Below, one piece after another: positions 21,724 to 34,701 of a DNA stretch of 43,188 nucleotides (its first letter is position 1; the number at the start of each line of letters is the position of its first letter). The position numbers and the translations under genes are program-made. Source of the DNA: Phoronis australis. Taxonomy: Eukaryota; Animalia; Phoronida. The notes beneath the pieces are model-generated. The model worked only from the letters and a program-made list of their open reading frames with translations. It did no database searches and had not been told where the DNA came from. The stretch is from contig NMRA01000860.1 in NCBI GenBank assembly GCA_002633005.1, positions 7,779 to 50,966 of the forward strand. The letters are read 5' to 3'.

Positions 21724-22355
21724 CTGGTCCCCTACGTGGCTAGCCAGCACGCCGCAGGTATCGCTGGTTCCGTGCGTGCCGCTAAGTGGTCAGTAGCCAG
21801 CACGCAGGTATCACTTAATTTTCTTTTAATTTTTTTACACCGGCGTTTGTTATTGGCTGGTCAAATTCTCAACAGGCAGCGCTTTACGTAAATAAACTGG
21901 CATGACTGCAGCACTGAACTTCAGAAGTGTTAGTTAATGTGGTTTGTTGTACAGACAAACCAGGTGCTTAAAATTTATGTTCAGGAAATGTGAATCCTAG
22001 AAATTGTGGCTGCGCCTTTTCAGAGTGCATCTTTCTACTTTCGATGACTTTTGTTTACGATACTGTCCTGTATTCATACAGTACGAATAACACACCGGTT
22101 AAATCGGCCCGGCCAGATATGTGTTTATATGTACATGTACGTGCTTCAAGCATGGCTATTAAACATCACTGCAGAAACGAATTAGGTGCTGTGACGCCAC
22201 TTGCATGACAAGGCTAAAAATCGTTCACAGTCCGTCATCTTTTCACGGGACTGTTGTAAAGCTAACCAATGACTGCTGAGGTTACATCAACCAATGCTAA
22301 AGCGCGTGACACTACGTGATACCTGCATGCTGGCTATAGGCACGTAGGGAACCAG
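21724..22355. mobile_element. MITE in ASB intron 1
   Basis: Inverted ends ctggtcccctacgtggctagccagcacg...caggtatc / gatacctgcatgctggctataggcacgtagggaaccag; the left end is partly duplicated. Confidence 0.7.
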
Positions 22356-24461
22356 TGAGGCGACCTGTAATTAGACTTATTTTTAGGGCCACCATTTAAT
22401 TAATTACGCCACATACATATTCCTCTGTGGTTCGATTAGGAGGAACGNAAATCTCAGCTCGCATTTCCAAATTTCAGGTCGCAAATGCGACCTGCAGCTC
22501 GTTATGTCGAGCCCTGCTGTAATTAGACTTATTTTTAGGGCCACCATTTAATTAATTACGCCACATACATATTCCTCTGTGGTTCGATTAGGAGGAACGG
22601 AAGGAAATTCAAAGGCCCCTGAAAAGGTTGGCTTTATTTTGCTTGTATACCCAGTAAGCGTGCTACTGGAGTACTCTGTCTGTATTGTTGCTGGTTTTAG
22701 TTGAGGTAAGCATTCTGACTGTTGTTGTTGTGAGGGGCCTGACAAGCATTCGCATTGCTTGGACGTGAATGGAGAAAGTCGGCCGAGACAATTTGCCATG
22801 AACGTTGCTGATGGAATTAGGAAAATCTGGAGTACTAATAGTATTTATTGGTGTGGCGGTCAACAAATGTTACCACTGCTGCATTCGGACATAAAATGTG
22901 TGACGCAAATTACTCTGAAATTGACATATTTTGAGTTTTTCCTGAAGCGCCTGATCGGCGACCATTAGTATAACTTTGAGCTGCTGATAGAACTGCTTGT
23001 GCTGTGATAATGATAAATTCTGTTAAACTTCCACAAAATCTTACACAATGTAATTAAACCTTTATTTTTTCTGTGGTGGACTGATGTCACTTAAGAAAAA
23101 AGCAACCAAAGTGCTAAAATTTTGCAAGCGCAGTGACAATTTCAGGAGCACGGCCTGCGTCATTGGCGTAAAAATAAATTCATTGACCCACTGTGAGTGC
23201 TTAGCTCGAGCCAACAGGCCCATTAAAATTGGACGCATAAAGATAAAAAAGACTAATATGACTGGTACACTTGAGGCCATGTGCTAGGTCAATTCACCCA
23301 TACCCACGTTTTTCTAAAGCAAACCCTGGAAGTAATAGAAGACAACTCATTTCCGCCGGTCTGCTCACAAAATCGCCAAAAAACACCCCACACCATTTCA
23401 TTTCTGAAAGAACCTCTCTAGTAGGTTTCTTTGGGATTTCTTGGCCAATTGTAATTTAATTGAATTTATGAGTTTTCGCTGTTTAATGTATATTTTTGCT
23501 CGATTTCTGCAAAATTTCAAAAGTCGTGACTTCCCACTTGTCTGGTTCCACATGTTTCTGCTTCTTCAACTTGTTCAAGAAAGCAAGATTTTCCACATGT
23601 GCAGTTAAGTAAGCGTCTGATACTCGAACCAATTTCAGTGTAACTAGTATGTAATCGGAAAGACCATCAGAGAACTTCGCACCAGGATTTTCCAATTCGG
23701 AAAATTATGCCGAATAAACGGCCTCAGGTGTTTATTTGTTACAACTTGTGGTGTCAAGTGTCCAGATAGTGAGGCATTTATTTGGAAAATTTCCTCTTAA
23801 AAGCCCACTCAGCATTAACTTTTGGCCTCAAATTAAGTTTTGTGGAGCATTTATTATTTATAAAAACAAGCAAAGTGTTTGGGAACAATTTATTTTCATA
23901 TCAGCCGAGGCTATGACTCTGTTTACACGCCCCCTCCCCCTTCGGAGTAAACACCCGGGCATTATTGAAACGTCTGATAATCTTCATTTTCCAAATCCAT
24001 GCCCATGGGGTTATCGATGGAAAATCCTTATAAGGGCGAGGTGTCGATCGTGGGCACACAAACGTTTTGCATTGCAACTTCTGTGCAAAAACCTGGTGAT
24101 CATGTGCTTCGCATTATACCTGGTGATATCTTGCAAAGTCTTGTGTCAGTGATGTTACATTTTTGTGATGTTCTAGCATATTCACTAGCTGATGGCTTAT
24201 AGCTTAACAGGTATATGAGTTTGTGAGATTCTTGTGTAATGGAACTCACCCCAGCTTGGTTGTTATGGAAGCCAACAAAGTAAAGGGTGCTTTTCACAAT
24301 CTTTTAAAACAGACCTGTCACAGTCATACTATATAAAGGGACTTCCAATGCTTTCTACCCAACAAATTATATCTGCCGGAAGTTTTACAAGATTCTCAAT
24401 CTCACCACTGTATGTTAGGCCATGCTACCTCATCTGTTTTAAGGTTTTCATCTGTTTCCAG

Positions 24462-24560
24462 TATCATGCCTCACTATTACACGAAGCCATCGCACTCAAC
24501 CATCTGGATCTGTTCAGGCTGTTGCTTAGTGCAGGAGCCAGAGTCAATTCCTGTAACAAA
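24462..24560 (+). CDS. ASB-like protein, exon 2 (ankyrin repeat)
   Basis: tttccag | YHASLLHEAIALNHLDLFRLLLSAGARVNSCNK | gtgagt; 99 nt. Confidence 0.92.
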
Positions 24561-24636
24561 GTGAGTTGTAAGTTTGTTCGTAAAAAGAATGTTACCTTCT
24601 TGTTTTCGAGCTTTTTTGTCAATATTGCATATTCTA

Positions 24637-25033
24637 CAAGGCTCGATGCTTAGTATCGCATTAACTAGCCAAAAGTGACCTGGCAAAATTCCCAGTTTGC
24701 CAAACAAGAACTGATGTCGCCGAAAATGAAATGAAAAGAAAAGCCAGCACACGTGGCAAATTCTGTTGTTGTATTCGAGTTCGCCTGAAATACATTTTGT
24801 TTGTTAGGGGTGGCAATGACATCCAATTTCCTCTTCTCGGGGCCAATATTCCGTGCACAAGCTCACCTCCTTAGGCAGGCGAGCATGATTGAGCCTTTGA
24901 TTTTTTGCCAAATGTTTCCAACTTTCCACTGTTTACTGCCTGTAGTATTTGGCATGCGGGCTCAGATGTGACGTGACAACCTGGGATTTTTGCCAGGTTG
25001 CCAAACGAAATCTGAGGTGGCCAAATTGAGCCC
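24637..25033. mobile_element. Possible hAT-like MITE in ASB intron 2
   Basis: caaggctcgat ... attgagccct ends; internal inverted acctggcaaaattccca / tgggatttttgccaggt. Confidence 0.45.
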
Positions 25034-26390
25034 TACTTTACATCACACCCTAAGACACTACTCCAAATTGTAGACACATGTTAATTTTAAGCGGCAGCCT
25101 ATTCAGTTGCAATAACTGATTTGTTGAAACAAGTAAAAATTGAGCAAAAGTCAGTTTTTAATCTAATGCTCATGTCACAGCATCAGCAGACCATACATGT
25201 TAACACACTGACCTCACTTTTTCTAAAGTGGGGATTAGCTAGTGATTTTCCAGTTATAAATTTTGACCCAATGCATTTTCCATAGAAAAGTGTCAAAGGT
25301 CAGAACCAACATGGCAGAATCTCCTTGAGCAAGCTGCATAGCAAGTGTACAGTTCTCCACAACATGAAATTTCAAGTCAGCAGAAGTTTCAAAAATCCAT
25401 GAACCTGTTCATAAGTCTGACCAAAGTGTGAAGGGATTGTATGTGAAACCTTGCAATTGGTAACAGAATTACCTGCTTTCTACGAGTTGTGTTTTCTTCA
25501 AACTCAATGCAGATGAACCAAACTCGTCATCACTGCCCGACCAGCTGAATCATTGCGGCTGTATTAGTTTAGTTACCTGTTTCTGGCATCATTGCTCAAT
25601 TCAAAAGCAGATTGTTATGACTGGCCATTGATCTCAGATATCAGAACACAGCTTGTTGGGAACGCTTGACATTTTCGAGACATATGCGGTGCGCCACCAC
25701 TTCTGGTTAGTGAAACAGAGATTTTTGTTGTTTGTTTACACGTTTCAAAAAACGTTACACAATGTACAATCATGTAAACACTTGACAAAAGTGACAGACA
25801 AAATACCGCTTCCGATCATAACAGCCAAGTTTTAATAGCAAAAATGGCTGCCAATGACTAATGTCGATAAGTTTCTTACTGTAAAATGGCTTAGCCTCCT
25901 TACTAACTATACTGTTAATTTCCCTTTATTCCGGGTCATGACGGAAAGTTAATCTGGTGATAACTGAGAACTCTCGGCCATTTTGTCTGAATATTTTTGA
26001 CATGTACTGTATTATACAAAACATAAGGTGAAGACTCCAAAGACGTGCTGTACTTTGTAATTTTGTTTGGAAATGTGACAACACAATGAAAGTTGTAACA
26101 AAAATTGTATTTTCGAAAAGTTGAGACTAAGAATTTTTTAAATATGATAAATCACACTCTGTGGTTTATTTGTTCAATATAGAAGTTATTCTCTTCAAAA
26201 GATACACAAGTAGTACGATACGAAATGACGTAAATTGGAACTAAGAATTGAATCAAAATGGACCTTGACGTATCGATATCAAAGTTGGTCGCTCCCGCAT
26301 CGTGATCCGAAAACAATTGGATTAATCTAGCACCCTTATAAGAATTGAAAACTATGTGTCCTGTGTTTTAGGTAACATTTATATTGACAG

Positions 26391-26489
26391 GATGGTCGCA
26401 CACCACTGCATACTGCCACGCGTTGTGGTCACATGGCCATGGTTGGTGAGCTCATCAAAAACAAGGCTAATGTCAGCGCCACTACCAAG
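26391..26489 (+). CDS. ASB-like protein, exon 3 (ankyrin repeat)
   Basis: tgacag | DGRTPLHTATRCGHMAMVGELIKNKANVSATTK | gtttgt; 99 nt. Confidence 0.93.
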
Positions 26490-26784
26490 GTTTGTTTACC
26501 ATGACTTATAAGCTGCATTTAAAAATTACACACCACCCACCTGATCACCTGCAGACAGCACATTATGACACCCTTTGTGTTTCCAATGCAATATTGTGAA
26601 AATAATTACTAACAAAGGGGCAGTTGAAATCCCCTGATCAGTAGGTTAAGTTGTTGCCAGAATTCGCTAAGAGACCGCACTGGGTAAAGCACCTCGCCTA
26701 GCCTAGTCTTGGTGTGGCTATTCCCCTGTCGTGCACATTAAACCCCAAAACACCTGAGTTCACATGCTGGTTCCATATTTCATT

Positions 26785-27738
26785 TATTTAGGCTCATACA
26801 CCTTTGTGTGTGAAGCTGCGCCTAACTGTGGAATTATGAAAAAAACTTAAGGTCTGTTAAGAACTGGATGTAGTAGTCGAAAAAAATTCTTTTCTCACTT
26901 GTTTTCAAACAAAAGTAACTTCTAAGTAAATGTTGTTGTGTGCATGGTTTGTACAGCATTTGGTAAAATTTTGAATGTTTGTAGAAAATGTAGTAAACCA
27001 TTGAAAAATAAAATGAAGGTTTCATTATTGCTGTTTGTTTGTGTGACACTTGAGTAACACTTTTCAAACATATTCAAATGTGAGTGCATGTTGTCATTAT
27101 CTCTGTCACAGTGTCCAAGAGTAAGACGTCTGCTGTTGTATCTCCTAAACTTCTTGCTGGATTTTAATGAGATTTGTTGCTTTGAAGTTGATAGAAAAAG
27201 GACAATGAGTTTTGGACCAAATCATGTACCGCTGTGCCCTCTAATGGCAATTTTAGTAAATGTCTCTTATTTTCGTTAGTACCATGATGTATCTTCATGA
27301 ATTTTGGCAAGTAAATCTCTATTAAGGAGATGACGATGCTTTTTCATTTTTGTAGGAATTTGACTTATTTTGCACCACTGCTCTCTTGTGGAGTTTTTGT
27401 ATCTGCTGTGGCTCTATCTCCTAAACCCCTAGCAAGATTTTTTCGAAAATTTGGGGAGTGCATTCCTATTAACTTATCAAGTGATGAGTAGATCCCACTA
27501 CCGCTGTGCCTTATGATGGCAGTTTGCTTTTTTACATTTCCCTCTGTATCTTTGTTCTTCCTTGATGTATCTTTATGAAATTTTGCAAATAGTTTTTATA
27601 ACGGAATTGGTGGCACCTTCCCATTTTCAGATGAGTTCAACATATTTTTCACCATGTAATGGTCAGTTTCATGACACTAATTAACACTGCATGCTGTCCA
27701 GTTGTGGGTGCATTTCAACTCTATGGGTTGCTCTTGTT
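26785..27738 (+). mobile_element. Diverged HINE copy in ASB intron 3
   Basis: Subrepeats (tatctcctaaac, atgaaattttggcaag) and 3' end gtgggtgcatttcaactctatgggttgctcttgtt homologous to 5938-5972; 5' boundary uncertain. Confidence 0.75.
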
Positions 27739-27972
27739 ATTCTTTTTAGTCAGGATTTGGAGCATAATCTGAATGAATGTGACTGTGTTAGCACCCCCTA
27801 TTGTCTATTCTAACAATTGCTTTCAGCTAATATTTCAAGCTGTGTTAAAACTTAGAACATAGAATCTTTGCTTCTGGTGGTACACCATGGTGGTTGTATG
27901 CTTTGCTTTTTTGATCATGAAGTTCTTGATGACATTTGAATTCTTCATATCTTACCTTCGTCTTGATTTAAG

Positions 27973-28071
27973 GATGGTCGTACGTGTCTTCACATAGCCG
28001 CATGGAGAGGCAATGAGGAACTGCTGCAGTGCCTCCTGGCTGCAGGATGTCCAGTTAATAAGCAAGACGAG
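27973..28071 (+). CDS. ASB-like protein, exon 4 (ankyrin repeat)
   Basis: tttaag | DGRTCLHIAAWRGNEELLQCLLAAGCPVNKQDE | gtaaat; 99 nt. Confidence 0.93.
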
Positions 28072-28667
28072 GTAAATGCAGTCCTGTGTTCTATAGCCTT
28101 TTTTATGAATCAGCTGTATGATGTAATCTTTTCAAAAAACACTACAGCTGGTTTGAAATAGTGGGATATCCGAAAACAAAGAGAGACAACTGGGCCAGAA
28201 ATGTCCACTCATCTGGAACACCCGAAAATTCCTCAATGACATTTCTTTCTATTCTTGCCCTAGGCATTGGCTGTGTTTGATGTCAAGGATGTTTTTTATG
28301 AAGCTTGAACTAGTCAACCAGGAGCTATGATTCTGAAGTGCAAATTTACAAATCAGATCTAAGCTACATATCAGTAAGCGGATCCAGGGGAAGGGGTCTA
28401 AAATCCCCTTTAATCAAAGCGAGAGATAAAAACCATCAGAAAAATAAGATGGTTTCATTTTTTTATTTTTATAGGCTGCTAGGTGCAGAGGTCACGACAC
28501 TAAATATCAGTACTCTTATTTTTCTCATTGTTTGTGGTGTAGAATTTTCTTCAGAAACCTATCATTTTATTTGGACCTTATTTTTCATCTGCCTTTGATA
28601 TCCATTAGACATTTTTTCTTTCTTCGAAAAATGAGCCAGAACATTGTTGAAGAGTTTTTGCTTACAG

Positions 28668-28766
28668 GATGGGTGGACAGTGTTACATTGGCTGTACAAT
28701 TTAAAGCACAAAATCACAGCTGAAAAGATACTTGGTAGAGGAGCACAGATCAATGTGTTGAATAAG
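28668..28766 (+). CDS. ASB-like protein, exon 5 (ankyrin repeat)
   Basis: ttacag | DGWTVLHWLYNLKHKITAEKILGRGAQINVLNK | gtatag; 99 nt. Confidence 0.9.
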
Positions 28767-29720
28767 GTATAGTTTATAATTGTGTAGATCTTGAACCAGC
28801 GTGGAACTCTAGATGGCACAAGATGTGACCAACAGGTGGCGTGCTGACCAGACTTAAAAATGTTTGTGAAGGTATAGTTTATTAAGCAATGTTTCACTTG
28901 TTAAGCTCACCTCATGGTGGACAAGTGAAATTTCTCAACAAAAATAGAGATTGTTTAAGAAAAAAGTGGGCCTGTTATTAGCTGTATAAGTATCATTGAA
29001 AAGTATTTGGTGATATTGTCATTATTTACAAAGTAATCAGATGTAGAAAAATAGACTGTTATGGCCATTTTTAGGACAAGTACGTTTAGAAACATGACAG
29101 GAAGCTTCATAGTTGCTGAACTGGGACTCATGCTTGGCAGATAAGGCAGCTTAAATTCAAATAAAATCAAAAGTTTCGTATTCTATACATCAAAACCAAT
29201 TATAATGTTTGATCCAGGCAAAAAATCTAAAGCTGCACCTCCGCACATTGTTTAACAAGAAATTATTTATCTGCGATTATTATAGAATGCAAGGACATGC
29301 AGCGTTGGGAATTCTTTTGTACCCCGAACAAAGATCACAAAATTGTTTTGATGTAAAACATACAGTCAAAAACTAGGCTTATGTCAGTTTTAGCCACCTA
29401 CGGCAAACTAGTCCAGCCTCTTTAAAGTTGTTCATATTTGTAGTAAATGTTACTTCTAGAGAAAACACTGGTCGGCAGCTGTTCAGTTGAGCAATTTAAA
29501 ATTTATTGTAATTTTTCATGCTAGGTTTATGATCAAATGGTGCTGCAATAATGAATACAATTTCTTATCACTGATCAAGGAAAGATAATATTTTCTGTAA
29601 ATGTCGACGTCAGCTGGTCATGGGTAATCAGCCTGGTATGAATATTACATGTTAAGCAAAGCTGAGGCAAACCTTTGAGTTATAGCAGCGCATGTGTGAG
29701 TGAGTATTTCCATGTTTCAG

Positions 29721-29828
29721 AATGGCCACACTCCACTACAACTGTGTATTTTGCATGGTAATACGCAGATGGCCGAGATATTACTACGCCATGGAGCAGT
29801 TCCGCCAGATCTGGGCGTCATCACGTCT
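29721..29828 (+). CDS. ASB-like protein, exon 6 (ankyrin repeat)
   Basis: tttcag | NGHTPLQLCILHGNTQMAEILLRHGAVPPDLGVITS | gtaaga; 108 nt. Confidence 0.9.
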
Positions 29829-30177
29829 GTAAGACTAGGTGTCTTCTTTGAATACCATTTGGACAATTGAATGTGCTTCTGTAACAGAACTAAGTTGTGT
29901 GCATTCTTTCTTTACTGTTTAGTGGCGCAGGAAACAGTTCAAATCAGGACAGAGGGATAACTGTGCATTTTGAATTTGCAAGATGGGTGCAACTTCTTTA
30001 TTTTTAATCATAATTATTCTTATTATTCTTATTCCTTCAAACAAAATCAAAATAATGCTTGTAAATAAATGCTTAAAGCAGCAAGAAACCCTACATTTGA
30101 TTTGAACGACTTACCATTTATGAAATTGGTCTCAAAATAAAGGCTTTAAAGGAACAGACAGTCTCTTATTGCAGAAG

Positions 30178-30279
30178 TTACTTCTTGCTTAGTACGGACA
30201 AGTTGAGACCAACTTCATGGCATTAAATTACTTCTCGCCTAGTACGGACAAGTTGAGACCAACTTCATGGCACTAAATC
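30178..30279. repeat. Tandem duplication, 2 x ~50 bp
   Basis: ttacttct...tagtacggacaagttgagaccaacttcatggca.taaa occurs twice. Confidence 0.85.
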
Positions 30280-30717
30280 AAGTTTGCCTCTTGGCCGCAA
30301 TTTGAGTTTATAGCGGGTTTTTTGCTGATTTGCATAGCGTTACAAAAGAAACACACTCACGTCTGCTGACTTAGTTTTTCTGGCAAGTGAAAGTTATTGT
30401 CCGACAAGTATGTAATCATTCAAATCTAACGTGCACAGTTATGCCTGGGCTTCTTCACCATTCTGAGAGCATGACACTGTAAGAAGCAAACAAACTAATG
30501 GGAAATCACTGATACTTGTAGTTGAAAGGAATCCAGTGAAGACGAGGTCCCAAAGTTAATGTAAGGAGACCCACTTTTGAAGCCTGAAATCAAATGTCTT
30601 TGTCTTTGTCATTGAAATAAGAATATTATTTTTTTTTAAATATAATAAGCTGCTGAAAGAGTTTACAGAGTCTCTTACTTATGTCTGTCTCACGTTCATC
30701 CTTTCTTTTTCCTGCAG

Positions 30718-31002
30718 AAATGCCTGTTTGGGTCCAAGTCTTCAGATCCCTATAGTTCACCGGATGCAGACTTTCTAACTCTGCTCTGCGTTTGTGGTTT
30801 TGGCGACTCAGTTTTGTTTGGTAAAGCTGCATCCCAGATAAACAGCGACAGGTGTAAACTGCTGAAACTGTCGGATCTGTGCAGGAACAAGCTTAGAAAG
30901 CACCTGCTGGTAGTCTCTAGAGACCGTTCCATCATTGGGAGACTAAAAAGGCTGCCCCTGCCTGCACCCATCAAAGACTATCTGTGTTTAGATCAGTTGT
31001 AA
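30718..31002 (+). CDS. ASB-like protein, exon 7 (C-terminal SOCS box)
   Basis: Polypyrimidine tract and cctgcag acceptor; KCLFG...LLKLSDLCRNKLRKHL (BC box)...IGRLKRLPLPAPIKDYL (cullin box region)...TAA; in frame with exon 6. Confidence 0.92.
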   Translation, partial: KCLFGSKSSDPYSSPDADFLTLLCVCGFGDSVLFGKAASQINSDRCKLLKLSDLCRNKLRKHLLVVSRDRSIIGRLKRLPLPAPIKDYLCLDQL

Positions 31003-31027
31003 TGTTGCATTGATGGAAACGTTTAGT

Positions 31028-31110
31028 AATAAAATGAGTTGTGCCATACTCGTACGGAAGAGTCAAGGTGTTCCTCGTATTCTTGTAACAAATTTGAGAA
31101 ATGAAATAAA
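31028..31110 (+). terminator. Candidate polyadenylation signals of the ASB-like gene
   Basis: AATAAA at 31028-31033 and 31105-31110 downstream of the stop codon. Confidence 0.4.
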
Positions 31111-34015
31111 AGTAAAAGTACAAAGTGTCAAAATTTTGTCTACAAAGTGATTGTCTCCACTTATTAAAGTTGATGCAGAAATTAACGTGGTCCTTTTCAA
31201 AAAGGAGGGTGCAAGTTTTGACTAAACGTTGTTTTTAACTAGAGATGCATCGTCTTTATGATCATCGAAAACATTGTTGCTATGGTATACTTCAGTTACC
31301 AGAACTTTCACTCTTTCCTTTTTTCATAGGTGACGAAATTGCTTTAGAAACATGTTGTACTTGGCCTTAGTCTTGCCTCATTCACAATATTATGATGTAT
31401 GGGTCTCTTGTTACAATCATGGTCTGATCTAGTTTTCAAAATTTGTAAAATTCCGCTTTGGGCTGGCTCAAATTAGATGTGCCAGAGATTTTCTTATGTG
31501 TAACTATAGAGTTTCCATGACATAGCTCCTGATTGTCTCAGACAAAATAAAATTATTAAACCAGGTGCAGTATGGCAATATCTATTATCAAACCACAATT
31601 TCTTATGAGGACCCTATGGAGTCCAGTTGCATAACTGAATAGGTTCCATCCTGAACAAACATCTTACACAACCTTAACTCTGATGACGTCACAGCAGTGT
31701 CAGATTATACATTAGGTTTGTGTAGGATCTCATTGGTTAGTCTGTATCTTTGGCCAAATATCAACAAAACTTGATGATCCTGAAAAGTATACATTCTCTG
31801 AAACTAGAAAGTCTTGTGTAGAATTTGATTTTTTTACTTTGTGAATCTGCCATTAATTTGGTCTTGTGACCATGTAAAATTTATCAAAAAAGAAATGTAT
31901 CATGACGGCGTTTTCCCGTTGATCTCTACTTGTTCGATTCTATAGACCAACTACAAGTTGGGAATATGACCCCTGTAGCCAATATCTTACACGACTGATT
32001 AACTCCAGTCTGGTCGGAGGGCCAGCTCTCATTTGTTCGATGATTGCTCTAATCTCCAATGAGATCGTATCAAGCCTGACTGGGCTGTGCTGTTAAAAAT
32101 AAAAGTTAAGTTATAACATATTTGAATATAAACCAATGGCATTTCTGAATTCCTCGTCAAATTCTGATCATAGTTTTTGAATCGCCAAAATCGCCCAACT
32201 ACAACCAAAAAAGTTACGACGATCTATTCTTTCCGAACGTACCAATTCGCTCTGGGTTTGTGTTCACACGTGGTGTGTAATAAGCCTGGTAGATAATTGG
32301 CCAGCCTGCTGTCGTACCAGACAAAAGACTGTGCTTAACAGTTAACACGCTCACAGCCCTCTACGTCTGGTAAAGTCACTGAACGGGATAATGCCGTAAT
32401 GTATTGAAGCAAACCAACGGTATTAGTAACGTGATCAAATTTTATTTGATATAAATACTCATAATGAAATCTCAAAAACAGTATTAGACTTTTCTAATAC
32501 ATGCATGTTATCGTTTTCATAGAGCTTTAAAAATGAAAAATGTTACGCCCCCCTCATGATATCATAGACCTGCCTTGCACATTAAAGTTAGTAACTATTT
32601 TCAGACCTGTGATCGCCCAGTGAGAACAACAAATTCGAATGTTGTGATTTTTGGTTGTGTTCTGTTCAGTTATAATAATCGCACGTGGTTTGCTAGAATA
32701 TTTGCAATTTGTGCATAAATGTTTAGTACGCTAATTACTCCGGCGTAAAGCGGCAGATAGGACATACCCTTGCACATGCTCGGTTTACCTGGCTGACTTA
32801 ACTTCTGATCAAAGGCCCTATTAGCCTTATACAAAATCCACATATGAACGCAGTACAAATCCAATGCACGCTGTCTTTATAGAACACACGCGGGTGATCG
32901 GTCGCTGTCTGGCTCAGACAGCAAATGTTCAATCTATGGTTAAAATCGTGACGTTCCTATATTAAAGCTGCTGGCGAGGTGGGCCATATATGTAGCATAA
33001 TGTGATCGCTAACAGTACCGTCACGCACGCCAACGTGCTGGTTGATCTGAAACATAAGTCACGTGATTATTACGCTGTACCAACCAGAATTCGAGACAAA
33101 AAGCATGGAATTTCCCGATTAGGCCAAAAACATAGTTTCCGGGTGTGTGTTTTCTTTTGAATTCGGTACGATCAAAATAATCAAATCATGGCATTTCAAT
33201 TTGCTTCCCTGTGCTTACGTGCCTTTGTGCAGCGATTTTCAAGAAAACGAGACCTAATTGGTAAAATTGATGCGTGTGTTTTTTGTCAGTAAGCGTAGGG
33301 CTCAAAATGAGTAGGGTACACTGTACAGACCCTAAAAAACCAAAATGTTTTGCCTCAAAAGGAGTGGTGATACATCAGATCGCTTTCCCCTATTATTTGC
33401 TTTTCAAACTGACTCCTCTATCCTTCGTGCATCACCTGTGTATAATTCAAAGTGTTACATCCGTCATTTTGGTCGAAAGTAACCACTGTCCAGTTTTCGC
33501 TCCTAAAAGGTCATTAAATTGCGTTGGATATTTGCTCCACTGATGCTTCAGAAATTAAAAAAATATATCAAGTGAAATACTTACATGTATGTGTGGGGAT
33601 TGACGAGAGTCACGGCGTTGTTGGAAAGTCATTTTAAACACAACATAGTGAATTTAATGCATTTTGCAGTACTCAAATGTGCCAAGCAGCAAGTTTCCTT
33701 CAGAGCTGCCGGGTATAGTACGTATACATATGCGACTTACCGCCTAATGATTTCCCCCTATTGGGCCTCAGTTCTACTCTTATAACTCGGTATCACAATA
33801 CTCTCCACTTTAGTAGTTGCATTCTACTTCCGTTGCCAACAAGAAAACCAAAACCATCTGCGACGATTCAGAGTTTATAATTGGAGACCTGGGCCATCCA
33901 TAAAATTGTGAGTTCGAAAAGGGCGCATGTACGCGTTGCCTGTGACTCGAGGTATTACCGGAAATAGAATCCTAACACAGTAAGGGATAATATACACCTA
34001 TTTTATGGGTTTAAG

Positions 34016-34176
34016 ACCAGGCGTGCTTCAGTAACGCTAGGGCCTTCGCTTGGCCCAAGCTAAAATCAAGCTAAAGTCGCGTGTTCTCATTTAAAATACA
34101 CGGCAATATCTCACGTAATCTCGCGAAGTCTTGTTTTTTAGCGAGGTCCTAACTCGTTACTGAACGGGACGCTGGT
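34016..34176. mobile_element. Short MITE (~160 bp)
   Basis: accaggcgtgcttcagtaacgctagggccttcgct / agcgaggtcctaactcgttactgaacgggacgctggt imperfect TIRs. Confidence 0.65.
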
Positions 34177-34421
34177 AATTTTGTTTTAGGCAGCTAAACA
34201 AGGCGTAATATATTGCTTTGCACAAACGTGCTTTGCTGTACTAACTGCACCGTATGCGTTTTCGTGCAAGAATGTTAGCAAAGCAATTGGCCTTTTTGCG
34301 GACATCGGGTGTATTTGTTCAGGCCATGAATTGGTGGGAATTTTGAGCGCGTTTACCGACGTGCTGGCGATGAAAGATGAATGACTCAGTGTCGACCTCG
34401 TAACGTCCTATATGTCTAATA

Positions 34422-34611
34422 AACAAATAAAAAACGGAAAAATCACGAACCCAAGTGGGAGGCGAACCACAAGTCTCTACCGAGATTGGCGGTCTATTGT
34501 GCTCTTGCCACGGTCCTCAGTAGCTCAGTGGTAAGAGCACTAGACCGGCAATCTGGAGACTTGTGGTTCCATTCTCAGTTGGGGTTCCTGATTTTTCTGT
34601 GTTTATTTGTT
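34422..34611. repeat. Palindrome of two head-to-head tRNA-derived arms
   Basis: Right arm 34513-34587 gtcctcagtagctcagtggtaagagcactagaccggcaatctggagacttgtggttccattc is tRNA-like (GGC in the loop); left arm 34445-34511 is its diverged reverse complement; the flanks also pair (aacaaataaa...gaaaaatca / tgatttttc...tttatttgtt). Confidence 0.8.
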
Positions 34612-34701
34612 CACTATTGGCCAACATCAGACTCTATATTTCCTATAGGGATGCGCGCTCAGCAGTTTGGACGGTAGAAAGGTCAATGATTGCTATTTTA
34701 C

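Noticed and set aside
23483-24297. ORFs in ASB intron 1 as extra exons or a nested gene
   Set aside because: No ankyrin or other motif and no convincing splice pair; exon 1 joins exon 2 cleanly.
34513-34587. Functional tRNA-Ala(GGC) gene
   Set aside because: Degenerate T-loop (GTTCCAT), imperfect acceptor and T stems, and it is one arm of a palindromic repeat.
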